Below are positions 27,333-36,505 of a stretch of 64,000 nt of DNA, piece by piece (position 1 is the stretch's first letter; each line of letters starts with the position of its first letter). A program made the position numbers and the translations under genes. The notes under the pieces were generated by a model. It was not told the origin of the DNA. It saw only the letters and a program-made list of their open reading frames with translations, and ran no database searches. This DNA is from Acidimicrobiales bacterium (GTDB taxonomy: Bacteria; Actinomycetota; Acidimicrobiia; Acidimicrobiales; VFJN01), in NCBI GenBank assembly GCA_035316325.1, contig DATHJB010000058.1, positions 10,578 to 74,577 of the forward strand, in the 5' to 3' direction.

Positions 27333-27949
27333 GTCGTGGTGCCCGTGTTGTTGCGGGCCAGCCACACCGGCTCGACGTTCACGGTCGGGCGGGCGACCCG
27401 GGCCCGGCGCTCGGGAGCCACCTGCTGGCGCACCCGCGACAGGGTGCCGTGCTTGGGCACCTCGTGGGCCAGGCGGCCGAGCGACAGGTCGTCGAGCAGC
27501 TCCTCGACCTGGTCGTGGCTCACCTTGTGGAAGTAGCGGTAGTTGACCTGCAGGCAGGGCGCCTCGGTGCACGCGGCGATGCACTCGACGTCCTCCAGGG
27601 TGAACTTCCCGTCGGGCGTGGTGCTGCCGGCCTTGACGCCCAGCTTGTCCTCGAGCTGCTCCAGCAGCTCCTCGCCGCCCGTGAGCAGGCAGGAGATGTT
27701 GGTGCACACGTTGACGAGGTACTCGCCCACGGGCTCGCGCTTGAACATCTCGTAGAACGAGCAGGTGCCCAGCACCTCGGCCGGGGTCGCCTCGACGAGC
27801 TCGGCGATGTGGGTCATCGCCTCGTCGCTCACGTAGCCGTCCTGCTCCTGGGCCAGGTGCAGCAGCGGGATCATCGCCGACCGCGCGACCGGGTACCGGT
27901 CGATGATCTCGTGCGCCAGCGTGGTGTTCTCGGGTGAGAAGCGCGCCAT
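27329..27949 (-). CDS. nuoE: NADH-quinone oxidoreductase subunit E (2Fe-2S)
   Basis: 206-aa ORF with a thioredoxin-like ferredoxin fold (VCTNISC...ECIAACTEAPC). Confidence 0.92.
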   Translation of the reverse strand: MARFSPENTTLAHEIIDRYPVARSAMIPLLHLAQEQDGYVSDEAMTHIAELVEATPAEVLGTCSFYEMFKREPVGEYLVNVCTNISCLLTGGEELLEQLEDKLGVKAGSTTPDGKFTLEDVECIAACTEAPCLQVNYRYFHKVSHDQVEELLDDLSLGRLAHEVPKHGTLSRVRQQVAPERRARVARPTVNVEPVWLARNNTGTTT

Positions 27950-27952
27950 GTC

Positions 27953-29293
27953 CTACCTGTCCACCTCGCCCATGATCGGGTCTGCCGAGGAGATGACCGC
28001 CACGGCGTCGGCGATCAGGCCGCCCCGCAGCATGTGGGGAAGAGTCTGCAGGTTCACGAACGACGGGCCGCGGATGTGCATCCGGTAGGGCCGCCCGCCG
28101 CCGTCGCTCACCATGTAGCAGCCCAGCTCGCCGCGGGGGCTCTCGATGGCGCGGTAGGTCTCGCCGGGCGGCACCTTGAAGCCCTCGGTGAAGATCTTGA
28201 AGTGGTGGATCAGCGCCTCCATCGACTCGTCGATGCGGGCGCGGGGCGGCGGCGTGACCTTGCGGTCCTGGATGCGGTAGTCGCCGGGCGGCATCCGGTC
28301 GAGGATCTGGTGCACCAGCTTGATCGACTCGCGGACCTCGTTGAGCCGGATGGCGTAGCGGTCGAAGCAGTCGCCGTAGCTGCCGACCACCACCGCGAAG
28401 TCGAGCTGGTCGTAGAAGAGGTACGGCATGTCGCGCCGCAGGTCCCACTCGACGCCGGTCGACCGCAGGATCGGCCCGGTGGTGCCCAGCGCCTGGGCCT
28501 CCTCCTGGGTGAGCACGCCCACGCCCTGCAGGCGCTCCCGCCAGATGGGCTGGCCGGTCATCAGGAGGTCGTACTCCTCGAGCCGCGGCGGGCTGGCGTC
28601 GATCACCCGCAGCACCTCGTCGCGCCAGCCGTCGGGAAGGTCGGCGGCCACGCCACCGGGGCGGATGAAGTTGTGGTTCATCCGCAGGCCGGTGATCGTC
28701 TCCAGCAGCCGCAGGGTCTCCTCGCGGTCGCGCCAGCCGTAGATCATCATCCCGACCGCGCCGATGTCCATGCCGTTGGTGGCCAGGAACAGCAGGTGCG
28801 ACGAGATGCGGTTCAGCTCGACCAGCAGCATCCGGATCCACTGGGCGCGCTCCGGGACGTCGTCCTGGATGCCGAGCAGCGTCTCGGTGGCCAGCGAGAA
28901 CGCCAGCTCGTTGTGCAGCGGCGAGGCGTAGTCCATGCGGGTGACGTTGGTGCCGCCCTGCAGGTACGTCAGCGTCTCGCCCGTCTTCTCCATGCCGGTG
29001 TGCAGGTAGCCGATGATCGGCTTGCAGCGCAGCACGGTCTCGCCGTCGAGCTCCAGCATGAGGCGCAGCACACCGTGGGTGGACGGGTGCTGCGGCCCCA
29101 TGTTGATGATCATGGTCTGGTCTTCGGCCGGGGCCTCGTCGGCGAGCTTCTGGGCCTCGGTCTCCGACAGGCGCAGCACCGAGCCGAGCTCCCGCAGCAG
29201 CTCGGCGGCGCCGGCACCCTTGCGCGACGTGATCTCCTGGGAGCCTTCGGCGGTGCGGAAGCGCTCCTCGGCGGTGACGGAGTCAGCGGGCAT
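27953..29293 (-). CDS. nuoD: NADH-quinone oxidoreductase subunit D, set 2
   Basis: 446-aa ORF with the motifs MIINMGPQHPSTHGVLRL and a C-terminal DPIMGEVDR. Confidence 0.95.
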   Translation of the reverse strand: MPADSVTAEERFRTAEGSQEITSRKGAGAAELLRELGSVLRLSETEAQKLADEAPAEDQTMIINMGPQHPSTHGVLRLMLELDGETVLRCKPIIGYLHTGMEKTGETLTYLQGGTNVTRMDYASPLHNELAFSLATETLLGIQDDVPERAQWIRMLLVELNRISSHLLFLATNGMDIGAVGMMIYGWRDREETLRLLETITGLRMNHNFIRPGGVAADLPDGWRDEVLRVIDASPPRLEEYDLLMTGQPIWRERLQGVGVLTQEEAQALGTTGPILRSTGVEWDLRRDMPYLFYDQLDFAVVVGSYGDCFDRYAIRLNEVRESIKLVHQILDRMPPGDYRIQDRKVTPPPRARIDESMEALIHHFKIFTEGFKVPPGETYRAIESPRGELGCYMVSDGGGRPYRMHIRGPSFVNLQTLPHMLRGGLIADAVAVISSADPIMGEVDR

Positions 29294-29768
29294 CGGTGAT
29301 CCCCTTGAACTGCACCGGGATGGCCCCGACCGGGTAGTCCTTGCGCAGCGGGTAACCCTCCCAGTCCTCGGGCATGAGGATGCGGCTGAGGTCGGGGTGG
29401 CCGTCGAAGCGGATGCCGAACATGTCGAACACCTCGCGCTCCAGCGCCTCGACGCCGGGGTGCACGTCGAACAGCGACGGGCACGTCGGGTCGTCGGCCG
29501 GGACCTGCACCCGCAGGCGCAGGCGCTCCTTCTTGGTGTGCGACAGCAGCCCGACCACGATCTCGAAGCGCTCCGCGGCGATGCCGTCGGGCAGCTCCCG
29601 AGGGGCCGAGTAGGCGAGGTAGTCGACCGCGGTCAGGTCGACGCACACCCGGAAGCCCTCGTCGTCGCGCAGGTCGAGCACCAGCTTCACCAGCTCGTCG
29701 CGCGACGGGTGCAGCACCGTCTGCCCACGACTCTCGGTCGCGGGCATGCCGTGGACGGGCTCGGTCAC
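29283..29768 (-). CDS. nuoC: NADH-quinone oxidoreductase subunit C, set 2
   Basis: 161-aa ORF. Its GTG overlaps the nuoB stop. The NuoC core is present ([37 protein letters not shown]). Confidence 0.9.
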   Translation of the reverse strand: MTEPVHGMPATESRGQTVLHPSRDELVKLVLDLRDDEGFRVCVDLTAVDYLAYSAPRELPDGIAAERFEIVVGLLSHTKKERLRLRVQVPADDPTCPSLFDVHPGVEALEREVFDMFGIRFDGHPDLSRILMPEDWEGYPLRKDYPVGAIPVQFKGITDAR

Positions 29769-30316
29769 GTCGGGGCCGTCTCTTCGAGTTGGACCCCGGC
29801 GCCACGGCCGGTCGACTCGCGGCGGCGGGTCAGCTCACCCGACTGGATCAGCTCGTGGAGCGTGTTGATGGAGTGGATCAGCGTCTCGGGGCCGGGCGGG
29901 CAGCCGGGGGCGTACACGTCGACCGGGACGATCTGGTCGACGCCCTGCACCAGCGCGTAGTTGTTGAACATGCCACCGGTGCTGGCGCACACGCCCATCG
30001 AGATGACCCACTTGGGCTCCATCATCTGGTCGTGGATCTGGCGCAGCACCGGCGCCATCTTCTGCGAGACGCGGCCGGCGACGATCATGATGTCGGCCTG
30101 CCGGGGCGACGCCCGGAACACCTCCATGCCGAACCGGGCCAGGTCGTAGTGGGCGCCACCGGCACCCATCATCTCCAGCGCGCAGCAGGCCAGGCCGAAG
30201 GTAGCGGGCCACGACGAACGGGCCCGCGACCACTTCACCAGGTCTTCCAGCTTGCCGGTGATGAAGTTGTGGTCGAGGCCTTCGAGGCCCTTGTCCATGT
30301 CCCAGGAGAATCCCAT
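29765..30316 (-). CDS. nuoB: NADH-quinone oxidoreductase subunit B, set 2
   Basis: Begins at the internal ATG at 30316 (overlapping the nuoA stop): [13 protein letters not shown]... Motifs are [20 protein letters not shown] and PGCPPGPE. Confidence 0.9.
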   Translation of the reverse strand: MGFSWDMDKGLEGLDHNFITGKLEDLVKWSRARSSWPATFGLACCALEMMGAGGAHYDLARFGMEVFRASPRQADIMIVAGRVSQKMAPVLRQIHDQMMEPKWVISMGVCASTGGMFNNYALVQGVDQIVPVDVYAPGCPPGPETLIHSINTLHELIQSGELTRRRESTGRGAGVQLEETAPT

Positions 30317-30822
30317 CAGGCGGCCTCCTTCCCGGGGGCGTGGGGAGCGTCGTCGCCGAAGGACCGGCCCTCGAGCCCGACCCGACGGACCGTGCTCGAC
30401 GCCGTGCGGTCGGCCGAGACCATCCCCTCGGGCGGCCCACCCCGCGTGAGCCGCTGCGCCTGGTTGACGGGGCCCCACTCGAGGGCGCCCTTGCTCACCA
30501 GGTACAGCAGGCTGACCACCACGGCAGCGGCGAACATCAGCACCTCGACCAGCCCGAAGGCGCCGAGGTTCCGGTAGTTCACGGCCCAGGGGTACAGGAA
30601 GATGATCTCGATGTCGAACACGATGAAGATCATCGCCACCAGGTAGAAGCGCACCGGGAAGCGCTCCGGCGTCTCCCGTCCGGGCACGATGCCGCACTCG
30701 TAGGGCGCCCGCTTCTCCGCGGTGCTGCGGCGCGGCGCCAGCAGCTTCGACGCGATCAGGCTCAACGCCGCGAACAGCACGGCGAGCACGATCAACGCGA
30801 GGACGGGGAGGTACTGGCCCAT
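30316..30822 (-). CDS. nuoA: NADH-quinone oxidoreductase subunit A, set 2, with a C-terminal extension of about 45 aa
   Basis: 168-aa ORF with NuoA motifs ([18 protein letters not shown]). Its start lies only 3 nt after the stop of the preceding membrane-protein gene. Confidence 0.9.
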   Translation of the reverse strand: MGQYLPVLALIVLAVLFAALSLIASKLLAPRRSTAEKRAPYECGIVPGRETPERFPVRFYLVAMIFIVFDIEIIFLYPWAVNYRNLGAFGLVEVLMFAAAVVVSLLYLVSKGALEWGPVNQAQRLTRGGPPEGMVSADRTASSTVRRVGLEGRSFGDDAPHAPGKEAA

Positions 30823-30825
30823 GGG

Positions 30826-31758
30826 TCACACTTTGGCAGGCAAGGGCACCGGCGCGGCGAGATGTTGGCTGAGCCGCCGGTCACGGACGTGCAGCATGTA
30901 GCAGAGCAGCCCGAAGATCGTGCCGGAGAAGAAGGTGAACAGCGCCACGGGGAGGCGCCGGTTGCCGATGTCGCGCTCCATGATCACCGAGATCGTCTCG
31001 GCGCTGGGGTCGCAGGTCGGCGACGGCGGGGGCTGACCGGGCTCGGCCGCCTCGGCCCGCGTCTCGGGCGTGCTGGGGCACACCTGGAGGACCAGGTAGT
31101 GCGGCGGGTGGGTGATCTGCAGCGTCTGGTCGACGCGGTTCGTCACCCGGTCCCACCAGCCGTCGCCGGAGCGCTTGTCCTTGCCGCCGGTGTCGAACGT
31201 GTAGGTCGCGACGTAGTCGTCGGGCGTGTCGATCACGTCGGAGGCGTTGAGGCCGACGTAGGTGCCGTTGGCCAGCTCGGTGTCGACGACCGACTTGGCC
31301 TCGCCGAACTCCTTGTCGGACTCGGCCAGGAGCCGCCACGGGTCGGACACCTCGTCGACGGTGGCCTTGATCTCCTCGAGCTCGGCCGCGGTGGCCACGT
31401 TGAGGGCGTCGGGCGCCGGGAGGCCGGCGTCGAGCGCCGCCGGCACGTCGAGCTCGTGGGCCTTCGGCAGGTTCGACTGGGTGAGGTCGCCGTAGTTGAC
31501 CTCGACGACGTCCCAGACCGGCCCCACGCCGGCCGGCCCGGTGGCCGAGGGCTGGATCCACCAGAACAGTCCCATGATCGTCATCCAGCCGAAGAGGCCG
31601 GTGAGAGCGATGAGGAAACCGAGCCGGTTGCCGAGGTTGGTGCCCAGCAGCAGGTACGCCGAGCCCATCAGCACGGCGACGCCGACGACGACGATGAGGA
31701 CGCCGCGGATCTGCGGGTCCCAGGCGATGCCGGCGATCAACTGGGTGAGAGCGATCAT
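30826..31758 (-). CDS. Orphan membrane protein: three N-terminal TM helices, an extracytoplasmic domain of about 170 aa, and one C-terminal TM helix
   Basis: 310-aa ORF with high GC3. Its ATG overlaps the cytochrome c stop (ATGA at 31755-31758). Its stop is 3 nt before nuoA. I recognised no family. Confidence 0.7.
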   Translation of the reverse strand: MIALTQLIAGIAWDPQIRGVLIVVVGVAVLMGSAYLLLGTNLGNRLGFLIALTGLFGWMTIMGLFWWIQPSATGPAGVGPVWDVVEVNYGDLTQSNLPKAHELDVPAALDAGLPAPDALNVATAAELEEIKATVDEVSDPWRLLAESDKEFGEAKSVVDTELANGTYVGLNASDVIDTPDDYVATYTFDTGGKDKRSGDGWWDRVTNRVDQTLQITHPPHYLVLQVCPSTPETRAEAAEPGQPPPSPTCDPSAETISVIMERDIGNRRLPVALFTFFSGTIFGLLCYMLHVRDRRLSQHLAAPVPLPAKV

Positions 31759-33089
31759 GGGTTCAGAGCCTCTATCGCCTCGTCGGAGCAGAAGGGGGGC
31801 GTCGGTGCGGCGCTCTCCTCGGCGTCCTCACCGTCGGCGACGGTGGTCGTGGTGGTCGGCGGGGGTGCCACGGTGGTGGGCACCTCGGGGAGCGGCTCCT
31901 GGTTGCCCTGCAGGGTGGCGGCGTAGCGGGCGACGGCGCACACCATCTCGCGTGTGTACTGGCCGTCATCGGCGACCGCTTCGGTGTTGGGGTCGTCGCC
32001 GAAGCCCGGCATCCGTCCGCTGCCCTGGCCGCCGATGCCGAAGCCGAGGCCGTCGATGGAGCCGAGGGAGACGAACTCGGCCAGCTCGTCGACGGAGGCG
32101 AACTTGCGGGGGAGGAGGTCGTCCAGCGGGGGTGCGATGCCACCGCCCGAGCCGTCGTGGTAGTCGGTGTAGGGCCCGAGCAGCGCCCCGGCCGACGCCG
32201 GCTCCACAGCCCCGTCGCCCTCGGTGATCATCGACCAGCCCCGCGTGTGGCAGCGGCCGCACGCGTAGGCCCCGCTGGCGAACCCGGTCTCACGGCCCAG
32301 GTTGAACAGCGCCTCACCGGTGGCCAGCGAGTCGTAGTCGATGTTCTTGGCGGCCTCGGCCACCTTCTCGGGGTCCTCGAGGTCGTCGCCCTGGAGCAGG
32401 CCCAGGTCGGCGACCAGCTCGGCCGCGACGGCCTCCTGCGATTCCTCGGAGCTCAGCTGGACCGACGCCAGGTAGTCGATGACGTTCTCGATCTCCTGGG
32501 TGGTCCGCGGGCCACCGCCCTCCGCGCCCCAACCGACCATCGGCGTGCCCGGCCGGCCGTAGGTGATGATGTTGAACACCTCGTCACGGCTGAACCGCAG
32601 CAGCACCGTGTTGAGCGCCGGCGCCCGCCACTGCAGGTTGGCGACGAACCCGCCGTTGGCGTCGAACAGCGTGTAGGGCGCCTGGCCGCCGGTGCCCTCG
32701 GGGCCGTGGCAGTTGGCGCACTGCGACCCCTCCTCGTACTGCTCGAGGCCCCGGTCCGTGAACTTGCGCAGCATGTCGGCCTCGGCGCCCTCCTGGCGAC
32801 CGGGCTCGGCCAGCCAGTAGAGCGGCAGGCCCACGGCGACGATGCCCAGCAGGACCACGCCCGACGCGAGCGTGCGGTTGAGCTTGGTGGTCTCCAGCTG
32901 CTCGTCGTCGTAGTAGGGCTTGCGGTTGGGCGCCAGCTCGATCTCGGAGCCGACCTCGTCGCGCCCCGCCCGCAGGTTGGCGATCACGTAGGCGACGAAG
33001 CCGATCGTCGTCAGCACCGCGATGACGGCGCCGACTGCCTGCACCGTGCTGGCGGCGAGCACGGTGGTGGTCTCGATAGCGATCGACAT
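31755..33089 (-). CDS. Membrane-anchored di-haem cytochrome c (QcrC-like subunit)
   Basis: 444-aa ORF with two CxxCH motifs (CANCH, CGRCH) and two N-terminal TM helices. The C-terminus is Thr/Pro-rich. Its ATG overlaps the Rieske stop. Confidence 0.85.
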   Translation of the reverse strand: MSIAIETTTVLAASTVQAVGAVIAVLTTIGFVAYVIANLRAGRDEVGSEIELAPNRKPYYDDEQLETTKLNRTLASGVVLLGIVAVGLPLYWLAEPGRQEGAEADMLRKFTDRGLEQYEEGSQCANCHGPEGTGGQAPYTLFDANGGFVANLQWRAPALNTVLLRFSRDEVFNIITYGRPGTPMVGWGAEGGGPRTTQEIENVIDYLASVQLSSEESQEAVAAELVADLGLLQGDDLEDPEKVAEAAKNIDYDSLATGEALFNLGRETGFASGAYACGRCHTRGWSMITEGDGAVEPASAGALLGPYTDYHDGSGGGIAPPLDDLLPRKFASVDELAEFVSLGSIDGLGFGIGGQGSGRMPGFGDDPNTEAVADDGQYTREMVCAVARYAATLQGNQEPLPEVPTTVAPPPTTTTTVADGEDAEESAAPTPPFCSDEAIEALNP

Positions 33090-33958
33090 CAGTGGCCGCC
33101 CGACACGCAGTGAGGACCTTGGGCCTCCTGGCCCGTGGTGTTGGTTCCGATCGGCGGGCCGTTGATGACCGTGCCGGTGTCGACGATCAGGGTGTCGCCG
33201 TCGACCGTCATCGCGAAGCGGTCCATCCCGCGGGGGGCGGGACCACCCTTCTTCTCACCGACCTGGTTGTACTGCGAACCGTGGCAGGGGCACTCGAACC
33301 ACTGCGACGTGACGCAGCTCGGCACCCGGCAGCCCAGGTGGGGACACTTCTGGTAGAGCGCCACGACGCCGTGCTCCATGCCGTTGAGCTCCTGCGGGGT
33401 GTACACCGCCCGGGCCTTCTCGAGGGCGATCCCGGGGTACGGGGTGACCCACATGCGGCCCTCGGGGTAGTAGGCGAACCCTTGGCCCTCGACGATCTTG
33501 GCCTCGATGTCGGAGATCTTGCCGACCCGGATCTGGGAGCCGAAGCCGCCCTTGCTCTCCGTGTAGAGGAAGGCGAGCGACGCCGCACCGAAGCCCGCGA
33601 GGCCCACCCCGAACAGCCCGACGATGGAGCGGTTGAAGAACTGGCGGCGGGTCACGCCGATCATCTCGGCGTCGGGCGGCACCCACGGCACCAGCTCGGC
33701 CGGGGTCTCCTCGGGGACGGCGAGCCCGCCGCCCTTGCGCTCCAGCGCCGCGGCCCGCTCGATCTCGCGGCCGGTGACCGGCGGCGCGTCGTCGTCGGCC
33801 AGCGGCGTGACAGGACCACGGTCGCGCTTGGCGGTCTCGGGGCTGAGCTGGCCGATCGCGGCGTCGGTGTCACGCCGGCGGGACGACGCGAACAACAGCA
33901 GCGCCGCCAGCACCACCAGCACGGGGACGGCGATCAGGACGATGGTGGTTGTGCTCAT
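33089..33958 (-). CDS. Rieske [2Fe-2S] protein
   Basis: 289-aa ORF with both Rieske boxes, CPHLGC and CPCHGS. There is an N-terminal TM helix plus a second hydrophobic segment (RRQFFNRSIVGLFGVGLAGFGAA, Tat-like). Confidence 0.9.
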   Translation of the reverse strand: MSTTTIVLIAVPVLVVLAALLLFASSRRRDTDAAIGQLSPETAKRDRGPVTPLADDDAPPVTGREIERAAALERKGGGLAVPEETPAELVPWVPPDAEMIGVTRRQFFNRSIVGLFGVGLAGFGAASLAFLYTESKGGFGSQIRVGKISDIEAKIVEGQGFAYYPEGRMWVTPYPGIALEKARAVYTPQELNGMEHGVVALYQKCPHLGCRVPSCVTSQWFECPCHGSQYNQVGEKKGGPAPRGMDRFAMTVDGDTLIVDTGTVINGPPIGTNTTGQEAQGPHCVSGGH

Positions 33959-33965
33959 CTCTCGC

Positions 33966-34769
33966 TCACAGCTCGAAGAAGATGCCGTCGTTCCAGGGGA
34001 AGACGAAGTTGAAGCCCGGACCCCGGAAGAACGAGCCGATCATCACCAGCACCGCCCAGAACATCAGGAAGAGGGTGAACAGCGAGATCGCGAACTTGCG
34101 GTCTTCCGGCTTGTGGGACGGGTTGCGGTCGGTATAGGGCGCGAAGATCAGCGCCACCAGGCCCAGGCCCGGGATGGTCACACCGGCGACCATCGGGTGG
34201 AACATGGTCAGCAGCTCCTGCAGGCCCAGGAAGTACCAGGGCGCCTTCGACGGGTTCGGCGTCTGGTTGAAGTTGGCCAACTGCAACAGCGGGGCGTTCA
34301 CGAAGATCGAGAACACCAGCAGGAACGCCGTGCAGGACAGGGCGGCCACGAACTCGACGGCCAGCAGGTGGGGCCACACGTGGACCTTGTCCTGCGGGGT
34401 GGCCTTGATGTCCTGGATCGAGCCCGACTTGACGACCGTCAGCAGGCGCTGGGTGTGGCCGCCGGGGCCGGCGGCGAGCGGTGGTGCCGCGGTGCCGGCT
34501 GCTGCGGGGGCTGCGGTCGCCACGGCGGTGGCGGTGCCGGTGGCCTGACCGCCGGCGCTCGCGCCGGGTCCGCCTTCGGCCCGGGCCCGGGCGGCCTTCG
34601 ACCGCTCGAGCAGCGACGCGGGGATGCGGCTCTCGGCCTCGCTGGGCGCGGCGTCACCACCGCCTCCCGCGGGGGGCGCGGCGCCACCGCTGTCGGGGGC
34701 CTTGTTGGCCTCGGCCTTGCGGCGAGCCTCTTCGGCCCGCTTGCGGAGGTGTTCGGGAATCTCTGCCAT
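33966..34769 (-). CDS. Cytochrome b C-terminal half (b6f subunit IV-like) with an N-terminal extension of about 110 aa
   Basis: 267-aa ORF. The Qo-loop motif reads KAPWYFLGLQELL, in the position of PEWYF, and is followed by 3 TM helices. The N-terminus is MAEIPEHLRKRAEEARRKAEA followed by an Ala/Gly-rich linker. Confidence 0.85.
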   Translation of the reverse strand: MAEIPEHLRKRAEEARRKAEANKAPDSGGAAPPAGGGGDAAPSEAESRIPASLLERSKAARARAEGGPGASAGGQATGTATAVATAAPAAAGTAAPPLAAGPGGHTQRLLTVVKSGSIQDIKATPQDKVHVWPHLLAVEFVAALSCTAFLLVFSIFVNAPLLQLANFNQTPNPSKAPWYFLGLQELLTMFHPMVAGVTIPGLGLVALIFAPYTDRNPSHKPEDRKFAISLFTLFLMFWAVLVMIGSFFRGPGFNFVFPWNDGIFFEL

Positions 34770-34793
34770 GGGTCTGTCCTCGTCGCTCCCGGA

Positions 34794-35585
34794 TCAGAGC
34801 GGGCCGGAGATGCCGCCGTCCTTGCGGACACGCCAGAAGTGGATGGCCATGAAGATCACGATCACGAAGGGCAGCAGGAGCACGTGGAGCACGTACCAGC
34901 GCAGCAGCGTGTCGGAGCCGATCTCGGCACCGCCCAGCAGGACGAAGCGCACCTGGTCACCGAACACGGGCGAGTAGCCCATCATGTTGGTGCCCACGGT
35001 GACCGCCCACAGGGCGAGCTGATCCCATGGCAGCAGGTAGCCGGTGAAGCTGAGCAGCAGCGTCAGCAGCAGCAGGATGACGCCGATCACCCAGTTGAAC
35101 TCGCGGGGTGGCTTGTAGGCGCCGTGGTAGAAGACGCGGGCCATGTGCAGGAACACCGACAGCACCATGAGGTGCGCGGCCCAGCGGTGCATGTTCCTGA
35201 CCAGCAGGCCGAAGGTGACCGACGTCTGCAGCGTGTAGATGTCGTCCCACGCCTGCGCCGCCGTCGGCCGGTAGAAGAACATCAGGAAGATGCCGGTGAT
35301 CGTGAGGACGATGAACAGGAAGAAGCTGAGCCCGCCCAGGCAGAGCGTGTAGCTCACCTTCACGGCGTGCCGCTTCACCTTCACCGGGTGCAGGTGGTAG
35401 AGCACGCTGTTCATGATCACGTAGGAACGGTTCCGAGGGCTGTCCGTGTAGCCCTTGCGGAAGATCGAACCCGGCCGGAAGATCGAGTTCCAGACCTGTG
35501 AGCCCTGGATGTTGCCGGGAAGGTCGCGCATCGCCTTCTCGGCCCGCTCCCGGAGGGGCGGCTTCGATTCCATCGTCTTGGCCAT
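34794..35585 (-). CDS. Cytochrome b6-like protein (N-terminal four-helix half of cytochrome b)
   Basis: 263-aa ORF. The helix B histidines lie in RNMHRWAAHLMVLSVFLH. The helix D histidines lie in VLHVLLLPFVIVIFMAIH, with 14 residues between them. The CLGG cysteine is present in helix A (SYTLCLGGLSFF). Confidence 0.9.
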   Translation of the reverse strand: MAKTMESKPPLRERAEKAMRDLPGNIQGSQVWNSIFRPGSIFRKGYTDSPRNRSYVIMNSVLYHLHPVKVKRHAVKVSYTLCLGGLSFFLFIVLTITGIFLMFFYRPTAAQAWDDIYTLQTSVTFGLLVRNMHRWAAHLMVLSVFLHMARVFYHGAYKPPREFNWVIGVILLLLTLLLSFTGYLLPWDQLALWAVTVGTNMMGYSPVFGDQVRFVLLGGAEIGSDTLLRWYVLHVLLLPFVIVIFMAIHFWRVRKDGGISGPL

Positions 35586-35598
35586 TACTCCGTCTCAC

Positions 35599-36015
35599 TC
35601 ATCCCAGACGCATCCCGTAGCCGTAGCCGTGCGTGTTGGTTCGCTGGTGCGAATCGCCCGTCGCCACCGGGTCGCCGACCTTACCGAGGATGATCACCCC
35701 GGTCGGGCACCGGTCGACGCACAGGGCGCAGCGTGTGCAGACGTCGTCGTCGATGACGAAGACGACGTGGTCGGAAGGATCCTCGCCCGGAAGCTCGGTC
35801 TCGACGGCCTCGTCGATGGCCGTCGGGCTGACCATGTGGATGCACTTCCACGGACAGATGTCGACGCAGCCCTCGCACATGATGCACTCGGACTGGTCGA
35901 TGTGGATGAACTGCTTCGGCTTGACCGCCTTGGAGAGCCAGGCCGCGTCGACCTCCTGGAGGACGTAGTCCTCCCGGAACTCCGGCATCGGGGGGTTGGC
36001 GTCGTTCTTGGCCAT
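35599..36015 (-). CDS. 2x[4Fe-4S] ferredoxin-domain protein
   Basis: 138-aa ORF with the motifs CIMCEGCVDICP and CTRCALCVDRCP. There is no TM helix. It lies 13 nt upstream of cytochrome b6. Confidence 0.85.
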   Translation of the reverse strand: MAKNDANPPMPEFREDYVLQEVDAAWLSKAVKPKQFIHIDQSECIMCEGCVDICPWKCIHMVSPTAIDEAVETELPGEDPSDHVVFVIDDDVCTRCALCVDRCPTGVIILGKVGDPVATGDSHQRTNTHGYGYGMRLG

Positions 36016-36033
36016 GGTCGTGACCTGCCCCGC

Positions 36034-36474
36034 TCAGCCCTTCCGAACCAAGGGCCGGCCGTAGCGCGAGGCCGGCACCACTGCCGCCCGCTCCTTGGAG
36101 CGGTCCTGCCAGAAGGCCCAGACGCCGAGGTGGAGGGCGATGCCCAGGCCGTAGACACCCATCACGATGGTGTCCTTCAGAGCCGCGTAGTTGACGTCGA
36201 GGGGCCACCAGCTCAGCCACTCCTGGCCGAACAGCGGCTGGCCCGACTGCGCCAGGAACTTGTCGGTGCCCCAGTTGAGCTCGTTGGTCGCCCACTGCAG
36301 CCACTGGTTGGGGATGACCCCGTACCACCAGAAGAAGACCAGGAAGGCGTAGGTGGCCGCGAACATCGCCTCGCCCCACGACAGCGGGGTGCCCATCGGC
36401 CGGCGCTTGCCCACGACGAACACCACGCCGACAGCCAGCAAGCCGAGCACTAGGGATGTGATGAAGGCGACCAC
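36034..36474 (-). CDS. Orphan Trp-rich membrane protein (3 TM), first gene of the bc/nuo operon
   Basis: The ORF track extends the ORF to 36555. However, codons 36475-36555 have many A/T-ending codons (10 of 26). The GTG at 36474 is preceded by GAGGAG at 9-nt spacing. The protein begins VVAFITSLVLGLLAVGVVFVVGKRRP. Confidence 0.65.
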   Translation of the reverse strand: MVAFITSLVLGLLAVGVVFVVGKRRPMGTPLSWGEAMFAATYAFLVFFWWYGVIPNQWLQWATNELNWGTDKFLAQSGQPLFGQEWLSWWPLDVNYAALKDTIVMGVYGLGIALHLGVWAFWQDRSKERAAVVPASRYGRPLVRKG

Positions 36475-36487
36475 GTCGTGCGACTCC

Positions 36488-36505
36488 TCGTGAAATCGCT
36501 CACAT
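36488..36505. promoter_or_regulatory. Rex-operator-like palindrome at the head of the bc/nuo super-operon
   Basis: The site TCGTGAAATCGCTCACAT matches 11 of 14 half-site positions of TTGTGAA-N4-TTCACAA. It lies in the 199-bp divergent region and abuts the GAGGAG Shine-Dalgarno of the first gene. Confidence 0.4.
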
